NCBI RefSeq assembly: GCF_009914755.1
Contig: NC_060928.1
Origin: the human T2T-CHM13v2.0 reference genome, Homo sapiens
DNA length: 64,000 nucleotides
Strand: one strand, 5' to 3'
In this document: one piece after another, positions 52,250 to 64,000 of the stretch
How positions within the stretch are numbered: the first letter of the stretch is position 1
How the letters are laid out: the number at the start of each line of letters is the position of its first letter
Notes under the pieces: generated by a model
The model's database searches: none
Told to the model about the DNA's origin: nothing
Seen by the model: the letters and a program-made list of their open reading frames with translations, nothing else
Translations under genes and position numbers: made by a program

Positions 52250-53675
52250 CAGTGACTGTACATTTCCTCTTTTACTTCTGCACCAACAGTGCTTCATACC
52301 CTCGGGGACCTCCAGCCATTGGCCTTACCACCTTTTCAGTGTTAAAGTTCCCCTAACCTATTCTCATTCATTTGTGGTCTCTAACACTGTTTTTTTTTTT
52401 CTCTCTCTCTCTTATCTCTATTTTACATGTTGTCTTCTTCCTTCAAACCTCCAACACTGTCTCTTTTCTTTATTTATACCCAGCTGATGACCAAACTTCC
52501 TATTTCTTAGAAAATAATAAGAATAATCAGAAGCAAATGTCTATATTTTTCCACCACGAATCTACCAACATGAGTGCATCTCAATGCATATACTTAACTC
52601 TACCTTCCATCCTATTAAAATGGATAAAATTTCTTCACTTTTCTAAAGCCATCATCTCTTGTTTTGTACTAGATTTCATCTCCTTTTACTCAATCAGGGA
52701 CTCCATTCCTGCAAGTATCCCTTTTGGCTTCCTACCACTAGACCATACCCAACAGCATTAAACCATGCTTTAATAGATCCCATCTTTAAAAACAAAACAA
52801 AGCAAATAACTCCTTTTACCCTATATGTCCCCCCTGTATTATTGCTGTTACTCCATCCATTTCACAGGAAACCTCTTAAAAGAACAGTCTGAATTTCCTG
52901 TCTCTACTTCCTCTCTTCCCATTCCCTCTAGAGCTCTATAATTCACTCTAGTCAATCTTATAAAATTCACCTATTGTTTCCTCTTTTTCAAATCTAGCAG
53001 GCAGTTCTCATTCTTCAACTTACTTTGCCTCTGGGTAACATTTGGCATGAATAGTGAAGCCTGCCTTCTTAAAACATTTTCTTTACTTAAATTTCATGAC
53101 ATTCTTGCTTCCTTTTTTTTTTTTTTTTTTTTTTTAACTTTACTGGCTGTTTCTCCTTCCTGTGGCAGGTTACTTCTCATGGATGTGAATGATGATGTAT
53201 CTTAACTGTTGAGCAAGAGCCTCATAGCTTGTCCTCATCTCCCACCTCTGTCTCTATCGCACTGGTCCTGCACGCCTGGCCTCCTTGCCATTTCTGGAGC
53301 ACCCTCTGCATTCTCCTGTTTCAGGGCCCTGGTATTTTCTGCTCCCTCCACCCTAGCATGTTCTTTCCTCAGATCAACATATACCTTTTTCTCTCACTTT
53401 ATTTAGGTCACTGCTCAAATATCGCCTCCTAAGCAGAGCCTTTCCTGACAAGTCTATTTAAAATACTAGCCCCATTTATCCTCTACCTTTATCCTGGTTT
53501 ACTTTTCTCCCAATATTTATCATAAATATATATCTGCAGAAATGCAAGTTCAGTGGGGACGGAAGCTTTTTATATCTTATATCTTGTTCACTGCTATATA
53601 TCCAGCATCTAAGCAGCACTTATTACATAGTTGGTGCTCAATATATATCTGTTGAATAAATGAGTCAATAGATGA
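52250..53675. mobile_element. L2 remnant(s)
   Basis: Pyrimidine-rich L2-like text ending ggtgctcaatatatatctgttgaataaatga; boundaries approximate. Confidence 0.6.
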
Positions 53676-54286
53676 ATGCCAGTCACTCCTCTGCTAAACA
53701 TCTTTCAATGACTCCTCATTTCCCTGGATATAATGAAATTCCTTAGCCTGTCATAAAAGACTCTACATAAAAAGAGTACTATCCTTATAGTGTTAGAGTG
53801 AGTATTAATCAAGTTAATACTTGCAGTGCACTTGAAACGGTGCCTAACATGGAATAAATTTTCAGTATGTATTAGCTATTGTTTGTTATGATGATTATTA
53901 ACTGTACTCATCTTACTCTTCAGATTCTGTGCTTTGACTGTCTCAGTCAATTCCCACTTGCCATTAGGTCTCCTTGGCATGTAACACACTCTGCATTTTC
54001 TTTCCAAATTCTAACCCCATGTTAGGTGCTCCCACACTCATTGACTGGCACCTATGACCCAGTTGCTCTGCACTGGAATTGACCGTTACTTGCGTGGACT
54101 CTTCTACATGATCCGTATCTTGAAGGTGGACACAGTGTCTTCTTCATCTTTGTAATCCATGGGCCCATCTCAGGATGTAGCACATTTATCTTCTTATTTT
54201 TTTTATCCTCTTATATTTATTACTTAATAAATATCCATTCAATATAGGTAAGCTTCAACTAAATACTTAAATCATTCTGCCTTTAG

Positions 54287-54572
54287 GGTTCTCGGTACTT
54301 CAAGAGGAGTTATGCACTGCACAGCACAAGCAGAAAGAGGAGCAAGCTGTTTCTAAAGAAAGTGAGACCTGCGATCACCCTCCTATCGTCTCAGAGGAAG
54401 ACATTTCTGTTGGTTATTCCACTTTTCAGGATGGCGTCCCCAAAACTGAGGGGGACAGCTCAGCAACAGCACTCTTTCCCCAAACTCACAAGGAGCAAGT
54501 TCAACAGGATTTCTCAGGGAAAATGCAAGACCTGCCTGAAGAGTCATCTCTGGAATATCAGCAGGAATATTT
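54287..54572 (+). CDS. ANK2: Coding exon, C-terminal domain ([20 protein letters not shown]...[10 protein letters not shown]), 286 nt, phase 1-2
   Basis: ctgcctttag| acceptor, TT|gtgagt donor. Confidence 0.95.
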
Positions 54573-56234
54573 GTGAGTTTCCAAAGAAAGCCTGTCAAAT
54601 GTAATACCAAAGAAACAGGCTATTGTGGATGCCAGGCATATATAAGCATAACTAGTTTTTAAATACTTTTTAAAATGACCCTACCAAACACAAGTGCCAG
54701 AGCTAAAGGGGAAAAAAAAAGCGTTAACATGTAAGAGACATAATTGTGACAGTGTTTGGGGCACAGACCTACAAGAACCAACTTCCAGAGCTGTGACTTT
54801 GAACAAGTCCTTATGTGCTTTGAATCTCCATTTCCACATCTGTAAATTATAGTAATAATACACACTTGACTCATCTCACAGGGTCAAAAGTGTGTTTATG
54901 AAAGCTTCATCTAAACTGTAAAATTCCCTGTAGATGACACGGCCATGACTTATAATATTGCTGCACCTCATTTGCTCTGTAGCACTTCAAATATGCTCTG
55001 TAGCACTTCATCGTGCCATTGCTGGTTAGGAGTATGGTCAGTGATGATGTAGATACCACAGCCAATGGTGCATTTCAACCAAGCTATGAGGGGACTAATC
55101 ATAAAAATATAAATGCAATGCAAACTAACCACATAGAATAAAAGACTATTAAAATGAGTTGGAATAGAGTTGGGGTGGGAGTAAAGAGAAGCCTTCCGAA
55201 GAGCTTCTGGCTGAAGGAAGCTGCAGGCCTAATTTGGCTCAGAATTTAAGTTCCGGCCTTTATGGAAGCCAAGGAGAAAGAGTTGTTTAATTGACACTGA
55301 TTGTCCAGAAAAGAAAACAAATTGTGAGAAAGGCCAACATATCCCTAAACCTGAAGTCTGAGAATAGGGTGTCATGAGATTGTATCAAAACATTTCGCTT
55401 GTCATTTGGTGAGTTTTGTGGTCATTGACATGAGAAGAGGATGAAATGAGTAATGAAATTATCTCTTCTTCCACTGAGCCACCCTTGCCCCATCAACCTG
55501 TAGGTTTTAAAGAAAATATAAGGAAGAAGGAGAAGGACCAAGGAAAAGATGGGAAGAAGAGGAGAGGATAACAGAGAGACATTTTAGGCATTTAATATCT
55601 ATGGAGTGATAGATTGCACTGAATACCAAAAGAAGGCACAGAAAAGGCCAATAATCTTATTTAGCAGTTGAGGTTATCAAAGTTACATTGGAGTAACTCC
55701 AGACTATATCAATGAAAAAAGTTTCCATGTCAACAGATGCCTCTATTATTAAATAAAACAGTTTTTCAGAGGTACAATAAGAATTTCCTTGTATTTATAC
55801 TTATGATAACTATATTAACATGGGGATTTATGTAATTCTGCCAAATTTTTATTCTTGCTTCAAAAGCCTTATTATCTACAAATACTTATGTAAAATTCCT
55901 CGCATCCTCAATATCACCTTGAGTTATAAAAGAAAAGATGAAACTATAACTTATATACATTGTAGAGGTTGGGTAACTGTAATACATTTTAGGATAATTT
56001 TTGTCTTTAGAATAATAACATCACTCTCTGCCAGTGCTAGATCAATGAGCTACAACTCTATATCTTGTCATATTATTTTTCTTCAAATGTCCTTTCTTGG
56101 CCAAATGTACAAAAACTATTTTGACTGTCATAGACTATGGAAAAACCAGCTCCATCTTGCCTTTCGATTTCCTTGCTTGAGCAGGAGGTGAAATGCAAAT
56201 GTCCCTGAAGTCTCATTTGGCTTTTTGATTCCAG

Positions 56235-56526
56235 TGTGACAACTCCAGGAACAGAAACATCAGAGACTCAGAAGGCTATGATAGTACCCAGCTCTCCCAG
56301 CAAGACACCTGAGGAAGTTAGCACCCCTGCAGAGGAGGAGAAGCTGTACCTCCAGACCCCAACATCCAGCGAGCGGGGAGGCTCTCCCATCATACAAGAA
56401 CCCGAAGAGCCCTCAGAGCACAGAGAGGAGAGCTCTCCGCGGAAAACCAGCCTCGTAATAGTGGAGTCTGCCGATAACCAGCCTGAGACCTGTGAAAGAC
56501 TCGATGAAGATGCAGCTTTTGAAAAG
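56235..56526 (+). CDS. ANK2: Coding exon, C-terminal domain ([13 protein letters not shown]...LDEDAAFEK), 292 nt, phase 2-0
   Basis: ttgattccag| acceptor, AAG|gtaaga donor. Confidence 0.96.
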
Positions 56527-57198
56527 GTAAGACATTCCTCTCCACTTTCTCGCCCACCTGTAACAAAGCTACAAATCTTCCAGTTTCCATTTCTATGATG
56601 GTTTATTTTTTGCACTTCAAAACAAAAAAGTTAACCAAATTAATTAACCTGGCACATGGAAACCCTCAATCCCTTTTAAAATCTGAGAGCCGATGAATCT
56701 TGAAGAAATGGCGCACAGTTCCAGTGCTGTTGATTTGACCATGAGCCCTGATCTTATCATTGGAAAGTCTTTTGCTAAGAAAAATGAATACGGTGGTGAA
56801 ACAATATATCTGGAGGAGCTTTTCAAAATTAGTAAACTTGGGCATGAAACCTGGTGGCAGAGATTAGCAGCACCAGGTAAGTCAGCCATGGGATGTGCTG
56901 GGACCAGCAGGCTTGTTAGATCTCTGGCCTGCCAGGTGATGAGCACACAGACTGTGGATATTGGGTGGGGTTTAGCTGCCAAAATAAATTTTTCTCATTA
57001 GAGGCAAGATGATTTCCAAGTTAGATTTTTTTTTTTAAGATTTATTTTAGGAATGACTGAGAAAAAGAACATTGTACCTAAATTAAATGTCCAAATGCCT
57101 GACGGTGGCATAAGATTGCATCATAGCGCTTCCTTTGTCATTAAGTGAGTTTTAAAATTGTGAAAAGGGGTGGGGACCATGTTAAGAAATTAACCATT

Positions 57199-57497
<299 letters not shown>

Positions 57498-59253
57498 TTG
57501 ATCAACAATTTATTCTCAAAATGTGGTCTATATAGTTCACATACGTCAGAATTGATTGGAGAGCTTGATCCCTCCTCAGAAATCCTGAATTAGAATGAAT
57601 CCCAGGGTGGGGAGGGAAAGCAAGAATTTGCCTTTTAAATAACTCCCCAGAGGATTCTCAGCCACAAAAAAAGTATGAGAATCTGTTTGAATTAAACTTA
57701 ATTTAATATGAATTAAACTTAATTTAATATAAATTAAATTAGATATTGTTTTTTCTTTTAAAAAGTAATAGAATTCAAAAACACTTTATATTTCAAAGTG
57801 TTTTTAGAGCATTAATATAAAGCTTAGTAGTAAAAGAAGAGTTAAACAAAATAATTGAAATTTTGGGGGGCAAATAAAGTGAAACAGCATGTGTTTGGGC
57901 TTAAGACACACATTTGTTTTTGTTCACTGTAAGAATGAGATCTGCTGCTAGGAATTATCTGAAATCACAACTAAAATTAGGAAAGATCCAGGCAGATGAG
58001 AACTGTGTCCTGATTTTGGCAGTTTTCTTAAATAATAAATTCATGCCATGAATGAATTTTTATTCCAAGTTTGCTTTTGCATAGAATTATTCATCTCTCA
58101 AATTCTTGGCTTGAATGAGTACTACTAAAAATGTTTCTTACATGTTATCTAGGCTAAAAGTTACCAAATTTAACCTAAGAATCCATAGGCTTAGTGAAGT
58201 TAGACTTGAAACAATTATCTGGATAATACATATGTTTAATCTATACTAAAGGAATATGTTTGTATAAGTCACTCTGAATTTCACATAATTTATACAGGCC
58301 TGTTCGACTTATTCTTGATGAGTATCAGGCATTTCTCTTAAGCTTCCCATGTGGACCCTTATTTCTCATAACCCTAACTTGGGCATCCAATTTTAATCAC
58401 TTTTCTTGCCAACCATATTTCTAGGCAGTAGATTCCTGATTATATTTAAAATATAATTTGGTTTAGAATTTACAGGTCTTCCTTTAGCAGAGACAAATGT
58501 AAACATATAACTTGAGTTTTACAGTGTGTTAAGTAAATCTACTTGAGCTTTCTCTTTTTTAAAAACAAAATTTCATTAGGGAAGAGTAATTCAATATATG
58601 ACTCCTAAGGTAATGTGTGCTAAGCTAAAATTATGTTTTTTGCTTTATCTCTGGCTTTTGGCCAGAGCCCTAAAATACTATTGACCACTTTATCTCAACT
58701 TCTCCATAGAATTATTCTAATATTATTCATAGTCTACCTTTTTTTGATGCCAGGGAGATGCACTATTGGTTAGATAATAGCTACAGGAAACTTTGACTTC
58801 CTGCAAAAAGTTCTGCTAGAAACAGGGGATATTCCTATACCTTTGGGTGAATAATTCCAAGCCTAAGCACCAGTGTCAGTGGCTCATAAGTGTTTACTGA
58901 ACTGCTTAGGGTCTATGTTTACAGTCAGGCTTTTTTTTTAGGAGTTTAAGTAAAAGAAGTCACATGAGCAAGCTGCTTTTTATTTTGGAGAGATTTTGAC
59001 AGATGGGTTCTCCAACAGCTCTCAGAATTCCAGAATTTTTTTTCATTCATTGAACAACAACAACAAAAAACCAAAACACTCTATTTTTGTTGATGTCTGA
59101 GACCAGCACGTATTTGTTTTCACCTCTACCAACTTGTCCATCAAAGCCTCCATGAATAAAAGTTTCACAATACAATGTAAGCTAAAGAAGAAACCAGTAG
59201 TGAAGTCATTCCTTAGCATGTTAAACAAAGCAATGCTTCCATGCTTCCACCAG

Positions 59254-59346
59254 GAGCTAACAGAGGAATTAGGGGAGCTGGAGGCCAGCTCAGATGAGGA
59301 GGCGATGGTAACTACCAGGGTTGTCCGCCGGCGAGTGATTATTCAG
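59254..59346 (+). CDS. ANK2: Alternative 93-nt exon (ELTEELGELEASSDEEAMVTTRVVRRRVIIQ), obscurin-binding-type motif, phase 0-0
   Basis: cttccaccag| acceptor, CAG|gtaccc donor; similar to sAnk1 TRVVRRRVFLK motif. Confidence 0.9.
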
Positions 59347-59810
59347 GTACCCACTGTTAAATTACTGCACGTCAGGGACAGTCCTGTCCCCATATTCTAA
59401 GAGTGATCAACCTGGATCAATGAAGGCTTGGCATGTTCCTTAGGTAGTGCATGGCCATTCAAAAGCAGATCCCTTAACTCTCATAAGTTCTGTTTGCAAA
59501 CAAATGCAGTGGTTCCAGCTTTCCTCCAGGAGAGCCACCAAGCAAGAGCAAGACTTGGCTTCTTCACTTCCACCCACCTCACCTCTCGCTTTTCTATTTT
59601 TGTTGAAGTTTTATCTAACTTTGGTCAGATTCTCCTAAGCATGTTATTACCCACTTGAGTTTTTCACTAGTTGACAGGATTTTGTATCTCAGCAATGCTT
59701 CTCAACATCGCCTTTGATTTTCTAACATTCCTCACATTATAAGCACTTGGGAGTAGTTCCTCAGAATTGGTGCCAAACACCACAGTGACCCTTTTCTCTC
59801 AACTGTTTAG

Positions 59811-59894
59811 GGAGACGATATGCCTGAAATACCCCCAGAAACAGTCACAGAAGAAGAATACATTGATGAGCATGGACACACCGTGGTAAAGAAG
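59811..59894 (+). CDS. ANK2: Coding exon ([28 protein letters not shown]), 84 nt, phase 0-0
   Basis: ctgtttag| acceptor, AAG|gtattg donor. Confidence 0.96.
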
Positions 59895-60005
59895 GTATTG
59901 TCTAGTATATCCTAACAGGGTTGATTACAAACTTCCTGTTTAAAATTTATCAATTCCATGGTACTGTCACACAAAAATAAGATACACAAATGAAATACAT
60001 TTCAG

Positions 60006-60170
60006 GTTACTAGGAAAATCATTAGGCGGTATGTATCCTCTGAAGGCACAGAGAAAGAAGAGATTATGGTGCAGGGAATGCCACAGGAACCTGTCAACAT
60101 CGAGGAAGGGGATGGCTATTCCAAAGTTATAAAGCGTGTTGTATTGAAGAGTGACACCGAGCAGTCAGAG
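60006..60170 (+). CDS. ANK2: Coding exon ([14 protein letters not shown]...[15 protein letters not shown]), 165 nt, phase 0-0
   Basis: catttcag| acceptor, GAG|gtgaga donor. Confidence 0.96.
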
Positions 60171-60651
60171 GTGAGACAACCTGATTCTCTAAAACCCATT
60201 TGATGGAGAGGAACAAAATAGAGCTCAAGAAAGATGAGTGAGATTGTTTATTCATATTTTCCTCACTTCTCCCTTTCATGTGGCAGTTTGCTCTTAGTTG
60301 CACATTCACCTTTTTGTTTTCATGATTCTATGTGATTTTAAGACAGCCATCAGGGAGACTTGTAGGCATTATACTCATTGTTTTTGTTTGGTCTTTTTAA
60401 AAATATCTATTCTTTATTTAATTCATGGTTGACCACTGCAGAAATCCAAAAGTCAAATTTTGAAAGAATACAATTCTATTTGCTGGGCAAGCAGTATGCT
60501 GTGGAGACACCGTGTAGAAACGCACTGTGGTGCTTGTGCCTGGTTGGCACACCAGCCTTCAGAAAGTCACTCTAGATAAATATTTGATATTCAGATTTCT
60601 GCATTGCAGAGTTACTAAAATCAGGATCGAGAAACTCTTTGATTTATCCTT

Positions 60652-60943
60652 GTTTTTTGTTTTAAGACAGAGTCTCACTCTGTCACCCAGGCTGGAGAGC
60701 AGTGGCGTGATCTGAGCTCACTGCAACCTCCACCTCCGGGTTCAAGCAATTCTCCTGCTTCAGCCTCCCGAGTAGCTGGGATTACAGGCACCCACCACCA
60801 CACCTGGCTAATTTTTGTATTTTTAGTAGAAACAGCATTTCACCATGTTGGGCAGGCTGGTCTCGAACTCCTGACCTCAAATGATCCACCCGCCTCAGCC
60901 TCCCAAAGTACTAGGATTACAGGCATGAGCCACTGCACCTGGC
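60652..60943 (-). mobile_element. Alu (AluS-like), antisense
   Basis: Reverse Alu dimer. Confidence 0.94.
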
Positions 60944-61484
60944 AATCTATACTTTAATTTATTTCTGTTTTACTTCCCTTTTTCAGGGACATATTTACTT
61001 GTTTTGACAAATAGTTTGTGAAATTCTATTTTCCATTCATTCACATCCTCAAAATTTTATATTATACACATGAGATTCTCTAGAAATCTACTTTTCAGTT
61101 TCTCATAGCTTTTAGAGCTCCTCCTTTGAGGGCTAATTTCATCTTTGTAATACCAAAAGAAATTATTTAAACATGAGAAAAGAGAGTTTCTTCACATATT
61201 ATTATGTCTGTATTACACTGAGCAGTTTCTTATTCACAAAACTGATAACTTTTTGTTCAAATGACTAATTAAGATTGCTTTGGTGTTGTGGAGATACAGT
61301 CATGATGTAGATATTACCAATAGGTTATAGTTCGTTTTTTTCTAACTCTGCTTCCCATTGCTGTTTTCTGGAAAGCCAGTATGTAACTTTATAGTTTTGT
61401 CCTTTGTTTTTTAACATAGAAAAAATTCATCATAGTTACATTTGGCAATCAGACATTGTCTATTGTGTGTCCTTCGATCATTAG

Positions 61485-61667
61485 GTCACTTTGTGTGAGC
61501 CCAGCATTTTGTCCAGTACCTCACAATTTCAGGCTGAGCCAGTGGAAGGCCGTAGAGTCAGCAAAGTTGTTAAAACAACTGTGGTACTTGGAGAGAGGAT
61601 GGAGAAACATCTGGGGGATTCTAGTTTAGCCACTGATCTTCCTTCAGCCAAAGATGACTTTGAAGAG
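61485..61667 (+). CDS. ANK2: Alternative C-terminal exon (VTLCEPSILSSTSQFQAEPVEGRRVSKVVKTTVVLGERMEKHLG...DDFEE), 183 nt, phase 0-0
   Basis: tcattag| acceptor, GAG|gtatag donor, stop-free, in phase with the previous exon; SKVVKTTVV resembles SKVIKRVV. Confidence 0.82.
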
Positions 61668-62164
61668 GTATAGAAGCATCATCATTTGTCTTTTTATGTG
61701 TGTGTTTTATGTTGCTTTGCATTTGAAAAGAAAATCGTTTGTCATTGTATCATTCTATACATGAATTCATGGAAAGGTGCAGAATAATTCAAGAGGGTAG
61801 AACTCCTGTTTGAATAACTTGCAGAGTAACGTTTCCTTAAACTGTGGTGTTCATTGGTGTCACCTTAACAGCTTTTAAAAATCCAGGTAACTAGGATTTG
61901 CTTCTGCTGAATCAGACTCAGAATCTCTGGAGCTGGTATATGATTATACATCTTGTTTAAAAGTCACAGAAGTGTCTTGCTTTGTCAATTAATAAGGGAA
62001 AGAAATAAAGACATTGCAAATTATATTTGCTAGCCAGTCTTTTCAAATATAATCTGTGATAGACATTAAAGAAAATTCAGATATATTCCATGTCCATAAA
62101 TTTTAAAAGCATTTACAATTACTTAAGTTCTGGTTTCCAACAATTAGAAAATGGGTCCACGGTT

Positions 62165-62687
<523 letters not shown>

Positions 62688-62703
62688 TTAGTATTATATA
62701 GTA

Positions 62704-64000
62704 CAGTCATGCATTGCTTAACCCACTTATGCCAGAGGTTGCCATTTTTAAAATTTTTGCATGAGTGAAAAATCAGACCTTGGTGATGACCTTGAGCAGT
62801 AGGATATAAATAACTTCCACATGCCTAGTGTTCACTAGGCATAAGTGGGTTTTAATGACAGGGATATGTGCTGGGAAATGCATCATTAGACAACTTTGTC
62901 ATTGTGTGAACATTGTAGAATGTCCTTACACAAACCTAGGTGGTATAGCCTACTATACTTCTAGGTTATATGGTATAACCTATTGCTCCTGGCTACAAAC
63001 CTGCACAGCATGTTACTGTGCTGAATACTGTAGGCAATTATAACACAATGGTAAGTATTTCCCTATCTAAAAATAGAAAAGGTACAGTAGATAAACAAAA
63101 TAAAAGATTAAAAATGTTCTACCTGTATAGCATACTTACCATGTAGCTTGCAGGACTGGAGGTTGCTCTGGGAGAGTCAGTGAGTGAGTGGTGAGAGAAT
63201 GTGAAAGCCTAGGACGTTATTATACACTACAGTAGACTTTATAAACACTGTACACTTAGGCTATGTTACATTTGTTTAAATTTTCCTTTAATTTTTTTAA
63301 ATCTTCCTTCTGCAATAATAAATTAACTTTAGCTTACTGTAACTCTTTGACTTTATAAGCTTTTACATTTATTTTAACTTTTGACTCTTTTGTAATAACA
63401 CAAGTTAAGATGCAAACACATTGCACAGGTGCATTAAAAATTGTTTTTCTTCATATCCTTGTTCTATAAACTTTTTTCTGCTTTTAATTTTTTAAATTTA
63501 TTATTTGTTTTTACTTTTTAAGGTTTTTTTTTTTTTTTTTTTTGGCTAAAAACAAAGGCCTAAGCATGTACATTAGCCTAGGCCTACACAAGGTCAGAAT
63601 AATCAATATCACTGTCTTCCTCCTCCACATATTGTCCCACTGGAAGGTATTCAGGAGCAATAACATATGGAGTTGTCATATCCTAAGAAAACAATGCCTT
63701 ATTCTGCAATACCTCCTGAAGGACCTGCCTGAGGCTCCTTGATAATTAACTGTTTTTTAATAAGTAAAAGAGTACACTCTAAAATAGTGATAAAAAGTAT
63801 CACTTTTATAATACTTGATAATGATAATAAGTGACTGTTACTGATTTATGTATTTACTATACATAGTAAATGTATTTACCGTACATAAACCAGTAACATA
63901 GTCATTTATTATCATTATCAAGTATTATGTACCCTACATAATTGTATGTGCTGTGCTTTTATATGATTGGCACCTTAGTAGGTTTATTTACACCAGCATC
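62704..64000 (+). mobile_element. Tigger3/MER7-type DNA transposon, running to the window end and interrupted by MER85
   Basis: ta|cagtcatgcattgcttaa start; acacaaacctaggtggtatagcctacta and gttgctctgggagagtcagtgagtgagtggtgag motifs. Confidence 0.8.
62722..62849. mobile_element. MER85 piggyBac-family MITE
   Basis: TTAA|cccacttatgcc ... ggcataagtggg|ttttaa; core tcagaccttggtgatgaccttgagcagtaggatataaataac. Confidence 0.88.

Noticed and set aside
54190-54286. Recursive-splice-like tag|GTAAGC at 54247
   Set aside because: The remaining 39 nt is too short to splice, and use as an upstream acceptor meets an in-frame TAA; no support from sequence alone
56693-57001. 102-aa ORF containing a perfect CAG|gtaagt donor at 56876
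   Set aside because: No convincing in-phase acceptor and no recognisable protein similarity; probably an orphan donor
57689-57740. 21-bp AT-rich duplication (gaattaaacttaatttaatat)
   Set aside because: Ordinary slippage duplication, as at 8963-9022; no functional cue
62755-62850. Possible snoRNA or small-RNA pseudogene (tgatga box C-like word)
   Set aside because: Fully explained by MER85 with TIRs and TTAA site

Overview
AT-rich, Alu-containing primate (very probably human) genomic DNA. The whole window lies inside the + strand gene ANK2 (ankyrin-B). It covers the exons for the linker after the ankyrin repeats, the ZU5-ZU5-UPA region, the 6,255-nt giant neuronal exon, the death domain and most of the C-terminal regulatory domain; gene start and last exon are outside the window. 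I traced the exon chain by hand from GT-AG sites and reading-frame phase, and it is internally consistent. Introns hold Alu, L1, L2 and MIR elements, DNA transposons (MER6, MER53, MADE1, MER85 nested in Tigger3), TG microsatellites and a palindromic 31-bp minisatellite. There is no prokaryotic system or CRISPR array. The most interesting signals are splicing-level candidates: a 12-nt microexon, a possible 288-nt long form of the duplicated ZU5 exon, a 60-nt in-frame cassette before the giant exon, an sAnk1-like open extension before the obscurin-binding exon, and an in-frame Kozak ATG. These are hypotheses and some may already be annotated. Family names and comparisons to known proteins or repeat consensuses are from memory, not from searches.
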